From Rebecca billardiae RCC1528 (lineage: Eukaryota > Protista > Haptophyta): 64,000 nucleotides of DNA. Location of the stretch: NCBI GenBank assembly GCA_965240325.2, contig OZ251233.1:992001-1056000 (forward strand), written 5' to 3'. Shown here in pieces: positions 57,481 through 64,000 of this stretch. How positions within the stretch are numbered: the stretch's first letter is position 1; the number at the start of each line of letters is the position of its first letter. The notes beneath the pieces are model-generated. The model searched no databases and was not told the origin of the DNA. It worked only from the letters and a program-made list of their open reading frames with translations. The translations under genes and the position numbers were made by a program.

Positions 57481-58241
57481 GAGCCGGGCCGCGCGCCGGC
57501 GAGCTTTTTGACCGATCGCTTTCTGCTCGGCGGCGTGGCGACGGTGCGCGGCTTCCGGACCAACGCGATCGGGCCGCGCGACGTGCGCCGCGCGCTCTCG
57601 GCGGAGGAGATGGCGGCGCTCGTGCGCGAGCAGCGCGTCACGGCCGAGGCGCGCGCCGCGCGCTTTGACATGGGACTCGGCGGCGGCGGCGGCGGCGGCG
57701 GCGGCGCTGACGGCTGGGGCGGGTTTGGCGGCGTGGGCAGCGCGGGCGGCGGCGGCGCCGCCGAGCGCGCGCCGCTGCCGCGCGGCACGCTCGACTCGCT
57801 CGGCGGCGACGTGATGGCGCACGGCCTCGCCGCGCTCTCGTGCGCGCTGCCCGGCGTGCTGGGCGAGCAGGGCGTGCGCGCGCAGCTCTTTGCCAACGGC
57901 GGCAACCTGCTGGGCTGGGGCGAGCTCGTGGGCTCGGGTGCGCGGCGGTGCGGCGGGTGGCCCGCGGCCGGCCGGCGCGCTCGCGCGCGCGCACGGCGCG
58001 TGCTCACCGCGCCCGCCCTCCCGCGCCCCCGCGCCGCCGCCGCCGCCGCCGCCGCGCAGGCGCGAGCGCGCACGAGCGCGCGCGCGCGTTCGCGGCCGGC
58101 ATGCGCCTCTCGGTCGGCGCCGGGCTGGTGATGCCCACGCCGCTCGGTCGGCTCGAGCTGAACGCGTGCCACGTGCTGCGCCGCTTTGGGCACGACTCGA
58201 CCAAGCGCTTTCAGCTCGGGCTGTGCGCGCAATTCCTCTGA
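56545..58241 (+). CDS. SAM50: Sam50/Omp85 outer-membrane beta-barrel assembly protein; intron 57938-58059
   Basis: POTRA start GNKRTREHII, DRFLLGG..VRGF..IGP, LGGD. After the intron: SVGAGLVMPTPLGRLELN...FQLGLCAQFL. Confidence 0.9.
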
Positions 58242-58844
58242 GTAGATCAAAGACGAGGCCCAGAACTTGCCTTCGCCCTCGGGCCGGCGAGGCCCAGCGG
58301 ATCTGTCAGTACTGTATGATACTCAGTAGTCGCTGTGGCAGCGGCTGCATGCTGTACCTAACTAGTAGTAGCACTCGCCGCAGACGACTTGCTGATGAGC
58401 CGACTGAGTCACGCGGGCGACAGACGTCAGACGACGACGACGCGACTGAGTCTGATTATAATTTATATATGACTCTGAGGCCGGCGTCACTCTCATCAAT
58501 GTGTCGTGGCCGGGCCGCCGCGGCTGCGCCCGATCCGACGATGCGGATCGCCGCGCTACTCGCTGGGCTGGCGCGCGGCGACGCGTACCACGACCTCATC
58601 CTCTAGCAGTCTGGATACTAGTTTCTGATCATACGTTCGATTGCGGCGGCTGATCCCGCAGGCAATACGCCAATACGGGAACGCCGCCCAGTCCGCAGAC
58701 GTCGTCGTCATCCGTCTGCCGCCGCCGACGCCCGCGGTGGCACCGACCGCCAGCATCGTCGCAGGCGACTCGGCGGTGCGCGCGCCCGCGCCCGGATCCC
58801 GCTTGCCGAGCGCGGCCGCCCCCCTCCCACGACACGCGGCCGGC

Positions 58845-59641
58845 TTAGAGGCCCGGCACCGAGCCCGGGATGAACTTGGAGCTCGAGAGCGCCATGATGG
58901 CAATCATCGCGGCGCGGCCGTTCTTCAGCTCGGAGAGCTGCAGCTTGGCGACCTGGTCGGGGCTCTTGTTCTTGCTGAGCCCGAGGGGGTCGAAGCCCCA
59001 GTCGCCCGGCGCGCGGTCGCCGCCGCCCTCCCACATCTCGTGCGGGAAGTTCTTGCCCTCCTGCAGCATGATCGCGAAGAGGATCTGCGCCGCGCCGCCC
59101 GGGTTCTTGATCGAGAACGTCTGCCACGCGGTGAACCAGTTGGAGTCGGAGAAGGCCTCCGTGCTCGACAAGCGCAGCCCCAGCAGCTCCTGCACCACCA
59201 CGCCGAGGAACGCCTGCGCGGGGCGGGAGGCGCGGCCGTCGTCGGTGGCGCGCGAGGCGGCGAGCTGGTGAGCACGCGGCGCGCGCGCGCAGGCCGGCGC
59301 GCATGCGCGCCGCGGCGGCGGCGGGTGCTCCCGGCGGCGCCGGCGCGCGCGCGGCGCGGGAGGCGCACCATCATGGCGATGCGGCAGTGCTTCAGCTCCG
59401 CCTCGCGCAGCCACTTGAGGCTGGGGTTGACCGACGGGAGCGAGCCGGGCGTCTGCAGCTCGCCGACCTTCGAGAAGCCGAGCGGGTCCCACGGCTTGCC
59501 GTTGGCGAGCGGCATCTCGATCGAGGCGCCGGCGTAGGAGTCGAGCGAATCCATGCGCACGACCGCGCGCGGCGCCGCCGCCGGGGCGGTGCGCATCGCG
59601 CCGGTGAAGCCGAGCGCGGCGATCGAGGCGCAGGCGAGCAT
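58845..59641 (-). CDS. Light-harvesting chlorophyll a/c-binding protein (LHC); intron 59368-59214
   Basis: WDPLGF, WLREAELKHCRIAM, GDWGFDPLGL, ELKNGRAAM; signal/transit N-terminus. Confidence 0.95.
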
Positions 59642-61037
59642 CGTGCGGTGGCGGGCGGGACGGCGATACGCTGCGCGAGGGGCAATTAATGCCGGCGAAA
59701 TTTAGCGGTCCGGGGCGGGCGCGCGCCGCCCGGACCGCCTCGCGAAACGTTCTGGCAGCCCGGAATGACACCCTGGTGGCTGGCCTGGATGGCGCCGTCG
59801 CCGATTCGTCGCCGCCGCGCGGGCGCGGGTTGGAGGGGAATCTCATCCGGCCATCACGCGAGCAGATGCTGAACAGCCCGTCAGGGGTGGCTTGCGTTTG
59901 CGCGACTCGGACCGTCGGTGTAGCCGACCGGCCGACGTGCGGCAGGCGAGGCCGGTTGCAGAGCGGACTCGGACTGGCAGCTGCGCGCCGCGCGTGCCGT
60001 CGGCCGAAATTGTCGGGGCGATGGGCTGATGCGATGCGGAACGGTGCAGTGAAAGCCACTCGTCGAAGCGCTCGGCCAGCAGCGAGGTGATCCATCGCGG
60101 ACGGCCCGTGCGATAAGCCGAATGCCTCCGCAACCGGCCGTACCGCGGGCGTCGCGGCACCGACCAGCGCCGCCGTCTGCGGGCGTCGCGCCGTGTCACC
60201 ATTGTTACCACCTACGACGGTGTCACCGGGCAGGGCCCGTGAGGAACGCGGTAGATACTCCGCACCGCGCGTGTCACATCAGAGCTATAGAAAGTGTCGG
60301 CCGCTTCCGCCCCGGCCCGGCGGCCCCGGGCCCGCGGGCCCCGAGTCCCGTGACTCCTCGACCTCGGCCGATCAGAGGCCCGCCACCTGGAAATAAAGTG
60401 GTGAACCAGCAGCACCACAACGCTCTTCTCACTGAGATCCTTGATGAATCATATCCGGACATGCACCGCGGACGTCGCCGTTCGCGATGAAGTATATTAG
60501 ACGCGACGCGAACGTTCTCGGCTGCACGCGTTTCAACGCCGAACGCGTTGACGACGGAGGGCACGTGAACGTCTCACATTCACAACGATCACAAGTCAAA
60601 GTGACGACTCAGACTGACGTCTGGACGAGACACGACGCGGACGGCGGCGGCGCGGGCGGCGCCGGATATAGTGATGATACTGCTCATATTCTATGCTGAC
60701 GATAGGCAATAATAATCCGATAGCCCGTGATTTAACGACTCACAGGTAGGACGACGCGGGTCTCCTGATTCGTCGGCGGCAGTGCCCGATCGTCGACACG
60801 AAGTCGGCATTGGTGGCCGCAGAGCATACAGTAGCCTGCACCTGATACGACAAGCGGACAACGCGGATTACTATTCGGTCCGGCCCGGCGGCGGGTCCGG
60901 CCGCCGCCCGAAAAAGCAGTATGTCGGTCGGCTCCGCGCGGCGGCCACGAGCCGCGGCCTACCCGCAGCCCGCCCCACCCCCGCCATCGCCCGCGGCGGT
61001 GCTCCGGCGGCGGGCACGGCGGGCGCGGCGCCGCCGC

Positions 61038-62216
61038 CTACCTGGCCGCCCGATCGGACGGCCGGCTGAGCTCGGACGGCGCGGAGAGCGACGACGGCCG
61101 GCCCGAGCCGGCGCTCGTCGCGCGCGAGCCGCGCGCCGGCGCGCCGGCGGCGGGCCACCACCCCCACCGCGCGAGCGCGCCCGCGCCCGCCTTGGGCGGC
61201 GGCGGCGGCGGCTCGGGCTCGCCCGCCTCCGCGCCCGCCGCCGCGCCCTCCTCCGCGCCCGCGCCCGCGCCCGCGCGCGCGCCGCCGCCGGGGCTTCCGG
61301 GCGCGGGCGCGGCCTCTGAGCCGAGCGAGCTGCGCCGCTTGTTCTTCGGCCAGCGCCAGAAGGCGTAGGTGACGATCGGCGTGGCGAAGGCCTGGTTGAA
61401 GAGGGTGTACACCATCAGCCCGCTCACGATCTGGTTCCGCGCGGGCGACTCCGCCCAGCCCAGCGCGATCACGGCGAGCGCGACCGCGATGTTCTGCTCG
61501 CCCGCCTCCATCGCGACCGTCTGCGCGGCCGCGACCGGCAGCCGCACCGCGCGCGCCGCGCCGTAGGTCGCGGCGAACTTGAGCGGCGGCGCGAGCGCGC
61601 CGACGAGCCAGGTGCGCCAGGTGAGCAGCGCCCACACGTGCGCCGTCTGCGACACCGCCACGCCGATCCCGCCGACGAGCAGCAGCACGCCGAGCTTGAC
61701 GCACACGCGCTCGAGCCGGCGGCCGAGCTCGTCGCGCCACGAGCGCACGGCGCAGCCGGCGGAGGCGCCGACGAGCAGGATGCCGACGGCGGTGCCGATC
61801 GCGAGCCACGGCACAGCCGCGTCGCCGCGCGCCTCGAGCAGCAGCGGCGCGATGAACAGCGTGTAGTTGATCGGGATCGCCGCGGCGGCGAGCATCGTCG
61901 AGACGCACGTGCAGAAGATGCCGAGCTCGACGTCGCCGCCAAAGATGACCTCGGCGAGGTTGGAGCCGTTGCCGCCGGGCGTGGTGGCGCAGAGGATCAG
62001 CCCGACCGCGACGAGCGGCGCGACGCCGAGCAGCCGGCACAGCGTCGCGACGTACAGCGGCTGCAGCACGAACTGCGAGACCGCCGGCAGCAGCGGCGCG
62101 GCGAGCGGCACCTGGCGGAAATTGCGCACCTTGGTCGCGCAGCCGACGGCGAAGGAGATGAAGATGTTGACGAAGACGATGATCGTCTGCTCGGCCCACG
62201 CGGGCACCGACACCAT
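61038..62216 (-). CDS. Sodium:bile acid symporter (BASS/SBF) family transporter
   Basis: SQFVLQPL, PGGNGSN, GDVELG..T..ST, TVAMEAGEQN; about 9 TM segments. Confidence 0.9.
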   Translation of the reverse strand: MVSVPAWAEQTIIVFVNIFISFAVGCATKVRNFRQVPLAAPLLPAVSQFVLQPLYVATLCRLLGVAPLVAVGLILCATTPGGNGSNLAEVIFGGDVELGIFCTCVSTMLAAAAIPINYTLFIAPLLLEARGDAAVPWLAIGTAVGILLVGASAGCAVRSWRDELGRRLERVCVKLGVLLLVGGIGVAVSQTAHVWALLTWRTWLVGALAPPLKFAATYGAARAVRLPVAAAQTVAMEAGEQNIAVALAVIALGWAESPARNQIVSGLMVYTLFNQAFATPIVTYAFWRWPKNKRRSSLGSEAAPAPGSPGGGARAGAGAGAEEGAAAGAEAGEPEPPPPPPKAGAGALARWGWWPAAGAPARGSRATSAGSGRPSSLSAPSELSRPSDRAAR

Positions 62217-62408
62217 CGGCCGCGGCGGCGGCCGCCGCGGCGGCGGGGCGCGGCGCGGGGTGCGTGTGGGCAGGCCCGCCCGAGGCGCCCCCCCCCCCCA
62301 AAAGATGGGCCTGCTTGACGCGTCACAATCTTCTGCTCGTCACGAGCTACCCGCGCGGGTGCAAACTTGCACAGCACGCGGTATTTTGGCGTCGCCGCAA
62401 CCGCCAGC

Positions 62409-63533
62409 ATGGCGACGGCCCCGGGCGACGACGAGGAGCTCACGGTGCTGGCGCGCGAGGCGGAGCAGGCGCTCGTGCTCGTGCGGCACACGCGGACGGG
62501 CGAGACCGAGTGGCGCTTCGCCGCGCCGCCCGACCCGGCGCCGCGCGCCGCGCGCCGCGCGAAGGCGGGCGGCGGCGGCGCGAAGCGCGGCGGCGGCGCC
62601 GCCGCTGCGGAGCCGGCGCGCGCCGCCGGCGCCGAGGCGGTCGCGGCGCTCGAGCTGATGCGGCGCATGTGGCACGCGAGCGGGCGCCCCACCACGTGGT
62701 GGTACTGGCTCGCCGACGAGTCGCAGGCCGCGATCGGCGCGCAGCTCGCCGCGCGCGACTATGCGATCGTCGACGACTTTGTCGGCGGCGCGCTGTGCGC
62801 GCAGCTGCGCGCGGAGCTGCGCGGCGTGCGCGCGGCGGGGCTGATGCGCGCGGGCGCGCTGGCGGGCGGGCGGGCGGGCTCGAGCAAGACGTACGAGCTC
62901 GCGCCCGTCCGCGGCGACGAGGTCGGCTGGTTCTCCGGCGACGAGGCGTCGCTGTTCGACGCGCTGCCGCAGTACCTCAAGCGCGTCGACACGCTCGTGG
63001 GCGAGCTGCGCGACAACGCGCTGTGCGCCGACGTGGCGGGCGTGCGCGCGCGCTCGCGCGCGATGCTCACGTGCTACCCCGGCGGCGGCGCGCACTACGT
63101 GCGCCACTGCGACAACGCGTGCGACTCCGGCGCGGGCGAGCGGTGCAACGGCCGCCGGCTCACGGCGATCCTGTACCTCAACGACGGCTGGACGGCGGCC
63201 GACGGCGGCGAGCTGCGCATCTACCCGCGCGGCGACGCGCACGGCGAGGCGCCGCGCGCGGTGGTCGAGCCGCTCGCCGACCGGCTGCTCCTCTTCTTCG
63301 CCGACCACCGCTGCCCGCACGAGGTCATGCCCGCGCGCGCCGAGCGGTACGCGATCACGACGTGGTTCTTTGACGGCGACGAGCACGCGCGCGCGCGCGC
63401 GGGCGGGATGGCGGCCGACGAGGTGTCGGCCGAGGAGGCGCGGGCGATCGAGCGCGAGATCGCGCGGTTCGAGGCGAGGTACGGCGCGAAGGCCAAGATC
63501 GTCGCGGCGAGCGCGCCCGGCGGCGGCGAGTGA
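62409..63533 (+). CDS. 2OG-Fe(II) prolyl hydroxylase, EGLN/PHD-like
   Basis: AMLTCYPG..YVRHCDN, RRLTAILYLN.W, GGELR, RLLLFFAD.R.PHEV.P...RYAITTW. WW-like HTRTGETEW near the N-terminus. Confidence 0.9.
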   Translation: MATAPGDDEELTVLAREAEQALVLVRHTRTGETEWRFAAPPDPAPRAARRAKAGGGGAKRGGGAAAAEPARAAGAEAVAALELMRRMWHASGRPTTWWYWLADESQAAIGAQLAARDYAIVDDFVGGALCAQLRAELRGVRAAGLMRAGALAGGRAGSSKTYELAPVRGDEVGWFSGDEASLFDALPQYLKRVDTLVGELRDNALCADVAGVRARSRAMLTCYPGGGAHYVRHCDNACDSGAGERCNGRRLTAILYLNDGWTAADGGELRIYPRGDAHGEAPRAVVEPLADRLLLFFADHRCPHEVMPARAERYAITTWFFDGDEHARARAGGMAADEVSAEEARAIEREIARFEARYGAKAKIVAASAPGGGE

Positions 63534-64000
63534 GTGCGGCGTCGTCGTCGTCCGATCGGAGCCTGCGGCGCGACTCTGGCGATGTTCGGATGTGCGCCAG
63601 CATAGAATCGTAGTCGTGTCATCTCGTGATCGGCAGCGCTTCGCGTCGATGATGATTGACAGATGATGATGTACTGTAGTTATTATTACAGCACTGTGCG
63701 GAGCGGAGCACTCCTCAGGACTAGTACTCTAATAATGCGAGTCAGCAGACGACGAGTGTCACAGTGTCGAGTGTCTGTTCTAGGACGACTTTCGGCTCCA
63801 GCTGACAGCTCCGCGCCGCGGTCCGTGGGGCCTGGGGGGCCGGTTCGGTATCAGCTGCTAGGCCTGCATCGTGCACATCGGCATCACTACGGACTATACA
63901 TATTATTGATATATATATATATAATTATGATGACTATCTATAGCTTATAACAATTATTCACCATCAGCAGCCTGCTGATGACGTCGAAATCAGGCCAGGG

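Noticed and set aside
60726-60750. ~22-bp motif GATTTAACGAC(T)CACAGGTAGG also near 15477-15496
   Set aside because: A real-looking short match, but with no flanking homology or element structure to interpret.
52477-62216. Plastid or carbon-concentrating gene cluster (bestrophin, CCD, LHC, BASS)
   Set aside because: Interrupted by mitochondrial Sam50, and bestrophin and BASS lack clear plastid presequences. Likely chance adjacency.
63968-63996. Hammerhead ribozyme (CTGATGA...GAAA)
   Set aside because: Stems II and III cannot form. The similar site near 58393 has GACA instead of GAAA.

Overview
Very GC-rich eukaryotic algal DNA with short, GC-rich GT-AG introns, a chlorophyll a/c-type LHC gene and Ala-rich proteins. 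This fits a haptophyte such as Pavlovales/Diacronema (inference from composition and gene style, not proven). The left ~35 kb is mostly a nest of non-autonomous mobile elements around three host genes (16-20.4 kb). It contains two families of Helentron/HLE2-like rolling-circle elements, a 7-kb CACTA-ended foldback with palindromic motif arrays, a TA-flanked mariner-like MITE, an element with CACAGTG (RSS-heptamer-like) modular ends, and a split-direct-repeat structure. The best candidate for an undescribed system is a 4,051-bp insertion (20619-24669) with 30-bp TIRs and an 8-bp TSD. Its only recognisable gene is a giant-virus-type AEP primase with a Zn finger, bracketed by inverted G-rich repeat arrays, and it has no transposase. 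A paralogous empty site within the window supports its boundaries. The right ~28 kb is gene-dense host DNA: a glycosyltransferase-like gene, an EsV-1-7 repeat protein with TALE-like localized variability, a CYTH/ThTPase, separase, a divergent bestrophin, a carotenoid oxygenase, Sam50, an LHC, a BASS transporter and an EGLN-like hydroxylase. Most other ORFs in the track are GC-rich shadow frames. No rRNA, tRNA or CRISPR was found. All alignments were done by eye.
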